A stretch of DNA of 63,939 bases, filler included, from Chiloscyllium plagiosum (Eukaryota): NCBI RefSeq assembly GCF_004010195.1. It is 6 parts of one record of this genome, joined end to end, with 100 filler letters (N's around TTAATTAATTAA, not from the genome) between each part and the next. Parts side by side here need not be neighbours in the genome. Positions count along the whole stretch, not along the records: positions 51,860 to 59,315 come from NC_057714.1; positions 59,416 to 63,939 come from NC_057714.1; 4 more parts are not named here. The stretch is one strand, 5' to 3'. A model generated the notes under the pieces. It had not been told where the DNA came from, did not search any database, and worked only from the letters and a program-made list of their open reading frames with translations. The position numbers were made by a program, and so were the translations under genes. This document shows positions 51,967 to 63,939 of the stretch, one piece after another. The stretch's first letter is position 1, and each line of letters starts with the position of its first letter.

Positions 51967-53829
51967 CACTCAGGACAACATGAACCCCAACAAGACAGGC
52001 AACCTATGTACCTAAGCCTTGGTATCAAGTGTAACAGGTGGAGGAACAAGATGACAGTTTTATAAACTGTATACTGACAGTCCAATCTTCAGAGAAAAGG
52101 CAGGGAAGGGACAAGATTAGATTTTTGGTTTGCTCATTGTCTGTTGGGGTAATCCATTTTACTTGAAACTGAGAAGCAGGAGGATCTCACTTTCTGTCTC
52201 GCCAGAGGAAATTTGTGGAACATTCTAAGTTGTGGCATATATAAATTAGACTGCATTAGAAAAAATACAGTGCCTTTGAGCCATATGGTCTTCTGTTCAT
52301 TCAAGTTAAGTAACCAGTTTTCTGGCTTATGATTGACCTTATCTCACTGCCTTGCTGACACGCCTGTGTTCCAAATGATACAAGAGATTTCAGTAGACAG
52401 TGTACACTGAGAGGGATCTTATTGTAGACCTCCCATATGTCTCAACTGCATAACTAAATATTTGGCTGTAAAGACATTTTGCAAGCTGTATGGCACTAAA
52501 GGCCTATGTGCAAGTGTCTGTCAGTGCTGATGCTTACAAAATAATAATCTGACCTGCAAGGAGATAACACTTGCAGTAAAGAAAATGGAAACAGCATTTG
52601 ACTTTTCTGAAAAGCAATGAAGCCAATGCTATGAGAAAGAATGCTAATGATTATAAATTATTAAGAGATATAAACTTTGTTAGATTTCAAGTAAAAAGGG
52701 ACAATGGCCAACATCAACACAAACAATGTAAATTATATTGCATCTGGTGAATGTGAGATTAGAACTATTTGTTCACATGAAGGGTAAACAAAGGTATGTG
52801 CTGCTGAAGTCAAATAGCCTATTGCATTTTAAAAGTTCCCTATCTTTTCTTAAGTTAGCACTATACGCATCCCAGTAAGTCAGGAACCTGACATTCATGA
52901 CCTGAATGCATTAATTCAACCACTATTTGTTCTACAACTTATAAGACATTTTCAAATCAAAGAAAACATTTTCTTTATTACCGTGCTACTCACAAATAGT
53001 TTTCAAAATAACATGTTCTCATTTGTTTCCCTGTATTTTTAGAATATTGCAACACCCTTGTGTGCTGATAAAGATTATTTTCTATTTTGTACATAAGTGC
53101 CTCATTGAGCAACATTCCCAAGTTCCGTTCCTGTTTACTTATTTGTTTATTTTCTTTCAAATAGCTCTCCATTTACTACAAAGGCAATGACTCCAGCACG
53201 GGCTAAGGTTCAAAAGATCCCAGCCACCTTGTGTGATTCAGTGAAAGTGTTAGCTGGTATTTTGATCCAGCAGCCACATTCTACAATATTCCTGCAGGTG
53301 TCACTAGATAACAGTCATAAATGGAAACCATGATCGAGTTCACAGGCATAAACACAATTAAAGCAACATTACAATTGTAAGTACAATTCTAACTATCACA
53401 CCAGCTCAGATCAACTAACTCAGCAAAAGCTATTGACCAACTAATCCGAATGGTTTGTTTTCTGCCCAATTCACTTTCCAACTCACTCCAGTAAAGTGTA
53501 AGTAATAACTCTTTCATAGAACTAGACATAATAGTGTTAATGCAGTCCATTTTATCTTTCTGAAGGCTGAAGAGAATAGAATGTTGTAACAATTAAACTG
53601 CTAATTCATGCAACTTTCTACCAACATTCTTAAATGGAAGTTTAATACATTACAGCACAATTCACAGCACATCTTTAACAGAGGGATTACTGTCTGCCAC
53701 TCACTTAATCGCATATTCTTATTTGGAAGCTTAATAGACTGCACCACAATTCATAGCATACAGAATTTGAATTTTTGAAAAAAAAATTGCAATGCAAAAG
53801 TAGAAATGTTGCAAAGTAAACTGACTTAC

Positions 53830-53968
53830 CAATTGTAGTTTCACAGAACTTCTCTGCTGCAACTTCATTGGCTATATTGGCCCCCATTAAAACACTAACA
53901 TCAATCTTCATTTTCTCCCTGATTATATCGGAGATCAATTTTAGTCCTTCAGGCCCTTCATCAATCCC
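53830..53968 (-). CDS. GPD1L: Glycerol-3-phosphate dehydrogenase 1-like, internal coding exon (equivalent to exon 4)
   Basis: 139-nt exon. Translates [46 protein letters not shown](G). CAG acceptor after a pyrimidine tract; G|GTAAGT donor. In frame with the upstream exon. [20 protein letters not shown] and [10 protein letters not shown] fit GPD1L better than GPD1. Confidence 0.95.
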
Positions 53969-54426
53969 CTGGAATCAAAGAGAAAATAACAGAAAAATAT
54001 TGAATGTACTGTAACTGAAATGATTCATTTAAACATTAGAGTTGTGGTAGTCTGTTCTGATATAATGCCACAGTTCCATTCCCGTGCTATCCCACATCAT
54101 TCGAAAATCACATAACAGTGGTACTGTTTAAACCAATGAGACCGGAATAGAGTTATAGCCAATACAGGTAAGGAAAGTTTGAGTTCTGCAAATAATGGTC
54201 TACATTCTTCAAACGCATTATAGCCAATTTGCATTGAAGAAATGCGCATTATAGCAGAACCGATTGTATTTGCAATTCCAATGAAACTAAACATTAATGA
54301 TAGCTTCATGCTTTCATTATGATTCCTTGGTGGTAACTTTTCAATATAAAGTCACGGTATTGCATTCTGATATTTCTAATATGGCTGTGTCCATATTGAC
54401 AATGTACACTGTATTTTGAAATAATG

Positions 54427-54950
54427 GAAAAAAGTGAGGACTGCAGATGCTGGCGATCAGAGTTGAGAGTGTGATGCTAGAAAAGCACAGATCAGGCAGC
54501 ATCCCAAAGCATGAGAATTGATGTTTCAGGCTTATGGAGGGCTTATGCCTGAAATGTTGATTCTCCAGCATGGTAGCTCAGTGGTTAGCATTGTTGCCTC
54601 ACAGCACCAGGGACCCAGGTTCAATTCCTGCCTTGGGCTGTGCGGAATTTGCACATTCTCACTATGCTTGCGTGAGTTTCCTCTGGGTGCTCCGGTTTTC
54701 TCCCACAATCCGAAGATGTGCAGGTTAGGTGGATTGGCCATGCTAAATTGCCCATAGTGTTAGGTGCATTAGTCAGGGGTAAATATAGGGTGGGGGAATG
54801 GGTTAGGGTGGATTGCTCTTCGGAGGGTCGGTATGGACTTGTTGGGCCGAAGGGCCTGTTTCCATTCTGTAGGGTATCTAATCTATCTGTCTAATCTCCT
54901 GCTCCTCGGATGCAGCCTAACCTGCTGTGTTTTTCCAGCACCACATTCTG
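54427..54950. mobile_element. Fold-back PLE insertion split by an HE1 V-SINE (about 54568-54895) in a GPD1L intron
   Basis: TSD GTAT(T/G)TTGAAATAATG at 54411-54426 and 54951-54966. The right arm resumes after the SINE tail. Confidence 0.85.
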
Positions 54951-55924
54951 GTATGTTGAAATAATGCTTAGATTGATAAGTGTTTAATATCATTCACATG
55001 AAAGATCTGAAATTTCCTTCAAGTACTAAATTGTTGACTGCTTTAGTAATAATCATGAGCTAACTACAAGATCAGGACATGAATTTCATCATCATTAACT
55101 GCCACATTAGTGGGCCACTCAACAAACTCAGCACGTGTAGTCACACAGATAAGAATAAAATATCAATGTATTGTCATGTGTAGTTTTATTTTAAAAATGT
55201 AATGGAACATTTTATAAGTTGCCATACCACAGTGCCTAAATTAATGACAGAAGTCATTAAAAAGAAAAAAAAATCAAGTAAAAGTTCATCACAGTTTAAT
55301 TAACAATTCCTGCTTTTGGGGTATGTTGAAAAACTGCACCAAAACTGGCAGCCAGAGCCAAGCTGAGACTGCCGCACCGAGACTAGACCCCCACATTGGG
55401 CTGCTAGAATACCCGGAAGCTGTTGAAGACCTCCCTACTGGGACAAGACCAAGACCGCTTCTCCTGGACAATGCCACCATACCAGGAGACCTCCTACCAG
55501 GTGCCAGGCGTATACCACCATTCTGGGCTGCTGAAAGTCACCTCGTCACTAGGCCTGGGCCGCAAGAAGATGCCATCTGCCAAAGTCATTAAAATGTAAA
55601 ATACCATAATAAATGAAAATTTTTTTTTAAAAAAGCCTAGAAAGACAAAAAACAAGTAGAGCGAATGGAATAAATGAGCTCCAGGTTCTTGGGCAGAGGA
55701 GCCCACATGTTGCGCTGCAACTCTGCTGCCATCTTGGAGTGTTTGAAAGAAAGTGCATACTTCTTGTCTTTAATCATTTTTGCCCAGTTTCAGTCATTTA
55801 ATAAACACACTCTCTCCGATGTAGCAACCCATTACCTAATTGACATACAGACTTAGCCAATAAAGATCAATTTTAGCAAAAGCAGAAAATGCTGGGTGCA
55901 TGCAATGTTCCCTTTATAGAAATA

Positions 55925-56105
55925 AGACAAAAAACTGCAGACGCTGGAGAACAAAAACAAATCAAAATGCAAATTGTATAAAAAGCTCAGCATGTCTGGC
56001 AGCATCTCTGAAGAGAAAATAGTTCAGAGTTAATGTTTTGAGGCTGTTTTCTCTCCACAGATGTTGCCTGGCCAGCTGAGTTTCTCCAGCAATTTGCATT
56101 TTTGC
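55925..56105. mobile_element. Older fold-back PLE-type insertion in a GPD1L intron
   Basis: Imperfect inverted arms; flanked by TGTTCCCTTTA(T/C)AGA on both sides. Confidence 0.6.
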
Positions 56106-56759
56106 TTGTTCCCTTTACAGATATTGGCTGGCCTGCTTCATATCAGCATTGTTTTTTTTTTAAACAGTGCTTCTATAAACAAAAGCAATATGGAGAGGCA
56201 ACAGCCAAACTAAAAGAAGGGAGAGGGCAGGCTGTGCAGGAGGTATATCATGTTCTGGTAACAGTTTGGTTATGTCTGCTTATTACTGCACAGAAAGCTA
56301 GTCAGCTTACCATCAATGCCGATGCCAGATCCTTGCTTGAGCATTATAAAATTGATTCCACTAAAACAATATTTCCCGTTGTCTTGTATCTTGCTATGCT
56401 TCAAATAGCTGTCCAATGTTCCCTCAAAAGACTTGCAAATCCATCCTTGCTTCAATTAATTCACACATTTATAAATACTAACTTTCTCTCAAATTATTGA
56501 TTGTAAGATGAATGCTAACCCATAGAATGTTGAAAGTTTGGAGTAAAATGAATCAGAAACGAACTGAAAACTTGGCCAACAAGAGCAGGCATTAGTTGAC
56601 ATTTTATAAACACTGCAAGTTAACTAAACATCGAAAGATTCAAAGCTAGAAACAGATTCTACTTTTCCTTCCCAGTCCAATGGCTTCCTCAAGTGAAACT
56701 GTATATGCCACTGTTGTGGCAACCAGAAGTGAGAGAATCATTTATAAATGTACAGATAC

Positions 56760-56900
56760 CTTTATAAGACTTATGCCAAGAGCTTTCTGCGGCACTTGAT
56801 CAACTATTTCATCACACAGTTTACGGATAAATTGATGGGGTACAACAAATATTAACAGATCTGCACCACGTACAGCCTCCTTCACATCTGGAATTGCAAC
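56760..56900 (-). CDS. GPD1L: Glycerol-3-phosphate dehydrogenase 1-like, internal coding exon (equivalent to exon 3)
   Basis: 141-nt phase 0/0 exon. Translates [49 protein letters not shown] acceptor at 56902-56901 and GT donor at 56759-56758. Matches the NAD-binding segment of vertebrate GPD1/GPD1L as I recall it. Confidence 0.95.
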
Positions 56901-58724
56901 CTGTAACAAAATCACAATAGGTTAGGTAGTAACTATCCACAATGCAGATGTTGTTCATTTGCAAGCAGCACTATAACTGCTTTTACATTCATCATACACA
57001 ATAACATCAGCCCATCAGTTGTATGCACTTGCCTTTTGCAGACCATCAGAAACGGTTAGACTCATCATTCCACTGAAAGACATGTTACAAATCAAGGAGT
57101 TTGGAATCCCAACATGTCAACAAATAGAAAAAAATGACTTGCATTTATATAGTATCCTTTTATGAATTTAGGCTATACCAAACAGCATGCAGATTTACAA
57201 ATATATATACAAATAATATATACTTTATACAATTTCTCTAACATCTGTTGGAGGTATCTGGTAAAATGAAGTGTGTTGGCTGTCTGCCCAGCACCCTCCC
57301 CATATTACTCGACACTGAGCTGTATCCCTTTTATTTATTTGGGGAGAGGGTGTCAATGGTGAGGATTGCAGGCAACCACCCAGTCTTTTAGCCTTGTGAA
57401 GCCCTCAAGTGATAAACCAATGACTAGTTAAGTACTAAACATGCTCCGATTAGCAAGGGGAAACTTCAAATTGAAGGCTCAGCAGCTTCTGTTGGACAGT
57501 CTTGAAGCAGGTTAACATGGGTGTGAGGATTTCTTTGAAAGCCTTCAGGTCCATCTAAGGTATCTCCTCTCTCTCCCCCCACCCCCAAACTTCAGCCACC
57601 CTTTAGTCCACTGCCCCAACCACTCAAAACAAGGTCCCAACAATCAGGCCTCATTGATAGCCCATATTTATCTTCAGTCCTGCTCCCATAACTTCGCTTC
57701 TTTAGGGACTAACTGTAGTCCCAGTGTGGCCTAACATCAAAAGGAAATTGCTGTGATTACAGCGCTGTTGGCCATTCGGATCGTTCAACAATTTTAAGGT
57801 GGATCTTCCTCTCCAGATGAAGATTGAAGTGTTGTCCTGAGTGAATTAGCAACCTGTCAAACAGTTTTATATGTGGGCATGCTCCTGACCAGTGTTTTAT
57901 TTGGGGTGGAGCAGGGAGTATAAGGGAACACAGCACACCCTAAATTCCAGCCCCATGAGTAAGCAACTTGACATTAATGACTATGAGTTCAATTAGCATA
58001 GACTAGAGATTGCATTTAGCAATTTACAATCTGTAAATAAACCTGTTGGAGTGTAACCCGGTGTCATGTGTTTTTTGACTTTGTCCACCTCAGTCCAATA
58101 CTGGCACCTCCACATCATGTTTATAATGTAGTATATGAGCAAATTAGTCACTCTTAGCTTAAGCAACACTGAATTTAGTCTCAATTCCTGAGGTAGGTCT
58201 TTTCTAAGCAACTCCTTGAAATGTTGTGGAAGGGCATCATGTGATGTTGTGATTGGTCTTGCCTGCAATTCCCTCCATGTTGAACAGCCTCCTGAGATAC
58301 TATCTTCATGTAAGTATATCTTTTGTGGGGAGGTCCTAGAACCTAAAAAAGTCAATCCCTATACAGAAAGTGAAAGAATTGATATTAAAATATCTAATTT
58401 TCAAAAACATGAACTGGGATTTGATAATCTGAGGCAGACAATTAATAGAATGTGAAATGCAGTGCAAGATCAAAACTGACATTTACATTAAACCAGTTAA
58501 TACAGGTTAAAACTACTTAATTGGCTATAAAGGTGCCTTGACACATCCTGAAGTCCTGTAAGGTTCTATACACAAAAACAACATTTTCTTTATAGCATGC
58601 CTTACGAAACAAGCTTATTTTACAAAATGATTTTGGGATGAAAAAGTTATTACATAATTCAAACAAAAAATCCTCAAACAAAATTACAGTAAATTCCAAA
58701 ACCCAATAGTTCACGGAATAATAA

Positions 58725-59315
58725 AGAAGTGTGGGAGGTGTGGCATTGCTTGTCAAAGATAGTATTACAGCTGTGGAAAGGACGATGGATGAAGACTCGC
58801 CATCTGAGGTAGTTTGGGCTGAGGTTAGGAATAGGAAAGGTGAGCTCACCCTGTTAGGAGTCTTTTACAGGCCTCCTAATAGTCCTAGAATCGTAGAAGT
58901 AAGGATTGCGAGGATGATTCAAGAGAAGAGTGAAAGTAATAGTGAGGTAGTTTGGGCTGAGGTTAGGAATAGGAAAGGTGAGCTCACCCTGTTAGGAGTC
59001 TTTTACAGGCCTCCTAATAGTCCTAGAATCGTAGAAGTAAGGATTGCGAGGATGATTCAAGAGAAGAGTACCATCCTTCTTTTGTCCAATGTGTGCAGGA
59101 GGGTTTCCTGACACGATATGTAGATAGGCCAACAAGAGGTGAGGCCATACTGGATTTGGTTCTGGGTAATGAACCAGGCCAGGTGTTAGAATTAGAGGTA
59201 GGTGAGCACTTTGGGGACAGTGACCACAATTCGGTGACTATTGAATTCTTTGAGAAGGTGACTAAGGAAGTGGACGAGGGTTAAGCAGTAGATGTGGTGT
59301 ATATGGATTTTAGCA
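58725..59315 (+). mobile_element. CR1 endonuclease fragments with a perfect internal duplication (period 138 bp)
   Basis: GGVALLVKD, FYRPPNS (twice), ILDLVL..SDHN and MDFS motifs. Confidence 0.9.
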
Positions 59316-59415
59316 NNNNNNNNNNNNNNNNNNNNNNNNNNNNNNNNNNNNNNNNNNNNTTAATTAATTAANNNNNNNNNNNNNNNNNNNNNNNNNNNNN
59401 NNNNNNNNNNNNNNN
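59316..59415. other. Assembly gap with artificial linker
   Basis: N44-TTAATTAATTAA-N44. Confidence 0.97.
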
Positions 59416-59632
59416 AGTGGGCGGCATGGTGGCACAGTGGTTAGCACTACTGCCTCACAGCACTAGAGACCCGGTTCAATTCCAGTTTGCACATTCTCCC
59501 TGTGTCTGCGTGGGTTTCCTCCAGGTGCTCCGGTTTCCTTCCACAGTCCAAAGATGTGCAGGTCAGGTGAATTGGCCATGCTAAATTGCCCGTAGTGTTA
59601 GGTATAGGGGTAAATGTAGGGGTATGGGTGGG
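59416..59632 (+). mobile_element. HE1-type V-SINE
   Basis: Head and V-domain. Confidence 0.88.
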
Positions 59633-61683
59633 TAAAGGAGATCACAAGAAGAACTGAGGAGCTGCAGGAGAGTGCACAGCCTCGGCAGGGACTGGATATG
59701 GAGTTAGTACCTGATCTCTACAAATAAGTCGCCTCTGTAGGTAAAGTTTACTCAGAAAGAACAGGAGGAGGAGGACAAGAAGTTTTAATTTTGTGCGTTA
59801 CAATATCTAACTAGTCACTGATAGTAAGAGATGAGCATATACACCTTCTTTCTGATCTGTTACCCGTGAGTGTGGTAATTTGTGGGATAGATGGACAGAA
59901 ATTTAGCATTCCCCTATGTAAGATCTGGTTAGAGTGCCAACTTAGACTGGGGAAGTTACAGTGGGAGTGATTGACAGAGTGTCAGTTTCCAGGAATCCAG
60001 TTTGTTCTTGGGAAAGATTTGGCAGGATCCAAGTTGGGAGTGACACCCCTGTTGTGGAGAAACCCAAGGAAGACCAAGAAACTGAGGAGTTAAAACAGAA
60101 ATATCCTGGTATTTTCCCAGACTGTGTGGTAATGGGATCCCATAATCAGAAGTCACAGCACAAAGCGAGAAGTAAAGAGAAAGATGAAGGAGTTGAGGTT
60201 CAGTTAGTGGACACCCTGTTTGACATAATGATGCAGGGAAATCCTGAACAAGCAGAGGGTCAGACAGAAGTGTTTACTCCTTAAAGGCTAAGGAACTTGC
60301 AACAGCAAGACAAGACGATAAAAGATATTCAAAAAGTGGATGTGTACTCCGAAAAGGAGGCAGAGAATATTCTGGAGGGTTATTAGCTGAAAAATAGAAT
60401 CCTAAGGCAGAAATGGAGACCATGGAAGGTTAGTGCAGAGGAGAAATGGGCTGAAGTGCACCAGAGTGTGTTGCCAGTAGCATACAGACAGGAGGTGTTC
60501 CAGGTAGCACATGAACTACCTGTAGGAGGTCACCTAGGGGTATGAAAGACTCAGGCTAAGGTACAAAAACATTTTTATTAACTTGGAATACACAAGGATG
60601 TGGTTAACTTTTGCCGTATGTATCATACATGCATATGTACCTATCATGTATCAAATGGTAGGTTGGCCACAGATGATAATAAAACCAGCCCCTTTGTGGC
60701 CAATTCCCACATTTTGAAGAACCTTTCACATGGGTTAGAATTGATTGGGTAGGTCCCCGCCCGAGAACTAAAGGTGGGAACCAGTACTTGTTAACCGTAA
60801 TGGATGTGTCTACCAGATTCCCAGAGGCAATTCCATTAAGGAGTAACAAAACGAAAAGAGTAATAAAGGAGTTAATAGCTTTCTTCACATGGTATAGGCT
60901 ACCCAGAGAGATTCAGTCGGACCATAGGTCACATTTTACTGTTTAGGCTTATTTTAAGGAGATTATGGATAGCTTAGATGTACAGCACTTTAAATCCACT
61001 GCGTATCATCTTGAGTCTCAGGGAGCTTTAGAAAGGTGGCCATGTTGAGAGCATACTGTCTGGATTACCCAAATGATTGGGATAAGGTTATCCCTTTTGT
61101 ATTGTTTGCCATTAGAGATGCCCCAAATGAATCTATTCAGTTCACTCCCTTTGAGTTAATATTCGAGCATGAAGTGAGAGGCACTTTGAAATTAATTAAA
61201 GAAAAATTGACAGGACCGAAGTTGGAGATCTCACACTTAGATTATGTATCAGAGGTGAGGGAGAGACTAAATCGAGTAGGTGAGTTAGCTAAACAGCACC
61301 TAAAGAAGGCACAGTGTAGAATGAAGCAGGTGGCAGATAAAAGCTCTGAGACTCAGATGTTTTCCCGAGGGGATGATGTGTTAGTACTGTTACCAGTGAT
61401 AGGAGATCCTTTCAAAGCCAGGTTTAGTGGTTCCTCTCAAATTGAAAAAAAGTTGAGTCAGGTGAACTATTTAGTAAAGATGCCACATAGGAAAAAAGTG
61501 GTGTCGGGTATGTCAGGTGAACATGTTGAAAACGTGTCATACGAGAGAGAAAGAACTGGAGAAACAGGTATCAGTTACTGCCCTGCAAAGTGAGGAATCA
61601 AATCCAGGTGATGTGGATTTTGATTTGCCTCAAAATGGATTAAAAAATGAACATGTCCTTAAAGAGTGGGAGAGGTTAGTAAG
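59633..61683 (+). mobile_element. Degenerate Gypsy element, Gmr1-like domain order (protease-like region, then integrase, with no RT between)
   Basis: Zinc finger AHE..GGHLG..KDVVNFCRMYHTC. rve core EPF..RIDWVGP.PRTKGGNQYLLTVMDVSTRFPEAIPL, IQSDHRS and YHLESQGALERW. Then WDKVIPFVLFAIR..FTPFELIF. Confidence 0.85.
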
Positions 61684-63939
61684 CTAGGAGAAAGTGAGGA
61701 CTGCAGATGCTGGAGATCCGAATCGAGAGTGTGGTGCTGGAAAAGCACAGCAGATCAGTGTTGAAGTGTTTGGCCATGGGGCAGAGGGGTTGGTTGGTGT
61801 GGGTATCCCGGAGATGTTCTCTGAGGCGCTCTGTGAGTAGACGTCCTTTCTCCCCAATGTAGAGTAGACTGCATCGGGTGCAATAGATACAGTAAATGAC
61901 ATGTGGAAGTGCAGAGGAAGCTTTGATGGATGTGGAAGGCTCCCTTTGGGGCCTTGGTCCAATGTGAGTGGGAGATGTGTGCACAGATTTTGTAATTCCT
62001 GCGGTGGCAGGGGAAGGTGCTGGGAGGAGAGTGTGAGTTGGTGGGGCGGGGGGGGAGCGTGGACCTGATGAGGGAGTCGTAGAAGGAATGGTCTTTACAG
62101 AAAACAGATAGGGGTGGGGAGGGAAATACATTTCTGGTGGCGGGGTCCGTTTGTAGGTGACGGAAATGGCGGAGTATGATGTGCTATATACGAAGGTTGG
62201 TGGAGTGGAAGATGAGGACCAGGAGGGTTCCGTCCTTGTTGTGGTTGGAGGGGTGGGGTTCAAGGGCAGAGGTGTGGGACGTGGATCAGATGTATTGGAG
62301 GGCATCTTCAACCACGTGGGAGGGGACATTGCGGTCTTTAAAGAAGGAGGCCATCTGGTGTGTTCTGTGGTAGAACTGGTCTTCCTAGGAGCAGATGTAG
62401 TGGTGGTGGAGGAATTGGGAATAAGTGAATAGCATTTTTACAGGAGGCAGGGTAGGAGGTGGTGTAGTCCAGGTAGCTGTGGGAGTCAGTGTGTTTGTAG
62501 AAGATGTCAGTGTTGAGTCGGTCCCCATTGGAGATGTCCAGGAAGGGGAGGGAGGTGTCTGAGATGGTCCAGGTGAACTTAAGATCGGGGTGGATTCTGT
62601 TGGTGAAGTTGATGAATTGTTCAACCTCCTCGTGGAGGAGGGGCCCATGCTGGTGCCCATGGCTACCACTTTCATCTGGAGGAAATGGGTGGATTCAAAG
62701 GAAACATTATTGAGGGTGAGGACCAGTTCAGCCAAACGAATGAAAGTGTCAGTGGAAAGCTACTGCTGGGGACATCGGGAGAGGAAGAAATGGAGGGCTT
62801 GGAGGCCCTGGTCATGGCAGATGGAGGTCTATAGGGACTGGATGTCCATTGGTGAAGATGTGGCTTTTGGTCTAGGGAAACAAAAGTCTTGGAGGTGGTG
62901 GAGGGCATGGGTGGTGCCCTGCATGTATGTGGGTAATTCCTAGACCGGGGGGATAGGACAGTATTGAGGTAGGTAGAGATGAATTCGGTGGGGCAGGAGC
63001 ATGCTGAGACAATGGGTCGGCTGGGGCAGTCAGGCTTGTGGATCTTGGGAAGGAGGTAGAACCGGGCGGTGTGGGGTTCCCGGACTATGAAGTTGGAAGC
63101 TGTGGGTGGGAGATCCCCTGAGATGTTGAAGTTGTGTACAGTCTGGGAATGATGGTTTGGTGATGGGGGTGAGGTCTTGGCTGAGGGCGGTAGGAGGGGG
63201 TGGCTTCAGTGGTGTAGAGGTCTGTGCGCCAAACTAGCACAGCAGCTCCCCCCCCCACCCCCCACTTGTTTGCTGGTTTGATGTAATGTTGGGGTTGGAA
63301 CAGAGGGAGTGGAGGCTGTGCGTTGAGAGGGTGAGAAGTTGGAGGGGGGGTGGACAGGTTGGGGCAGGCAATGTCCCAGCAGCAGTTGGGAATAAAGAGG
63401 TTGTCCAGGTGGATGGGGTGTGTTGGAGGTGGGAGGAGGGGTCCTCGGAAGGTGGGCGGGAGTCTTGATGGAAAATGTAAGCGCTTAGGTGGATGTTGTG
63501 TTCAATGTCACAATGTGTATTGAATTTGTTGATCTGGGAGCAGAGGGGGATGAAGGTAAGTCCTTTGCTGAGGACTGATCATTTGTCCTCAGTGAGGGGG
63601 AGGCCTGGGAGGGATGGTGAAAATACGGCAGGGCTGGGGGCTCAGAGCTGGTGTCGGAATGGAGCTGGGAGCCGGGGTGGAGACGGTAACTGGAGTGGCC
63701 GTGGTCGTGGAGAGATCGCGAGTGATGTCATTTACGGAAATGACTCTAACCCGGGGCATCAGGGGAAGTGGAGGTGGTGACCGTGGGAGCTGCTGGGGTG
63801 GAGCGTGTCGGAAGCGATTCTGTCGGTGGTGTTCGGCTGAGTGGCGTCAGTGGGGGCGGAAATGGTTGCGATAGTGGCAGTTACGAGGTTAGAAGTGGTT
63901 GGCCGGGGTCAGGAAGGGGAGTGGTTGGCTGGGGTCAGG
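61684..63939 (-). mobile_element. Penelope-like element (RT plus GIY-YIG endonuclease), frameshifted, extending beyond the window
   Basis: AELVLTLNNVSFESTHFLQMKVVAMGTSMGP (RT) and VIYCIYCTRCSLLYIGEKGRLLTERLREH (GIY-YIG); pLTR tail at 61684-61755. Confidence 0.92.

Noticed and set aside
53270..53300. Minus-strand CAGG-AATATTGTAG resembling the start of GPD1L exon 6 (NIV)
   Set aside because: The translation continues ECGCWIKIP, not AVGAGFCDG.
58805..59069. Perfect duplication (period 138 bp) in a CR1 endonuclease
   Set aside because: Identical copies near a contig end with further deletions; likely an assembly artefact or a trivial duplication in a dead element.

Overview
This is vertebrate nuclear DNA, almost certainly from a shark or ray: it carries HE1-type V-SINEs and their HER1/CR1 LINE partners. 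It is mostly intronic or intergenic and dominated by transposons. Five identical 100-bp spacers (N44-TTAATTAATTAA-N44) are artificial assembly gaps. The only host gene I can support is GPD1L, with two minus-strand coding exons (56760-56900, 53830-53968); I could not find its other exons. Mobile DNA includes many CR1 LINEs, V-SINEs and Penelope-like elements (RT plus GIY-YIG). Their terminal repeats carry minimal hammerhead ribozyme cores, and some form fold-back insertions with roughly 12-17-bp target-site duplications (TSDs). There is also a GalEa-like Copia relic, a Gmr1-like Gypsy element, and a LINE family with a tRNA-like Pol III head plus a bipartite SINE derivative. The most unusual object is a CpG-rich, near-homogeneous 115-bp tandem array of at least 17.5 units (32781-34796). 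Its monomer is almost fully foldable and has hammerhead-like topology with a non-canonical core, so it may be a retrozyme-like or ribozyme-derived satellite; this is untested. Repeat boundaries were read by eye and are approximate unless a TSD or splice site fixes them.
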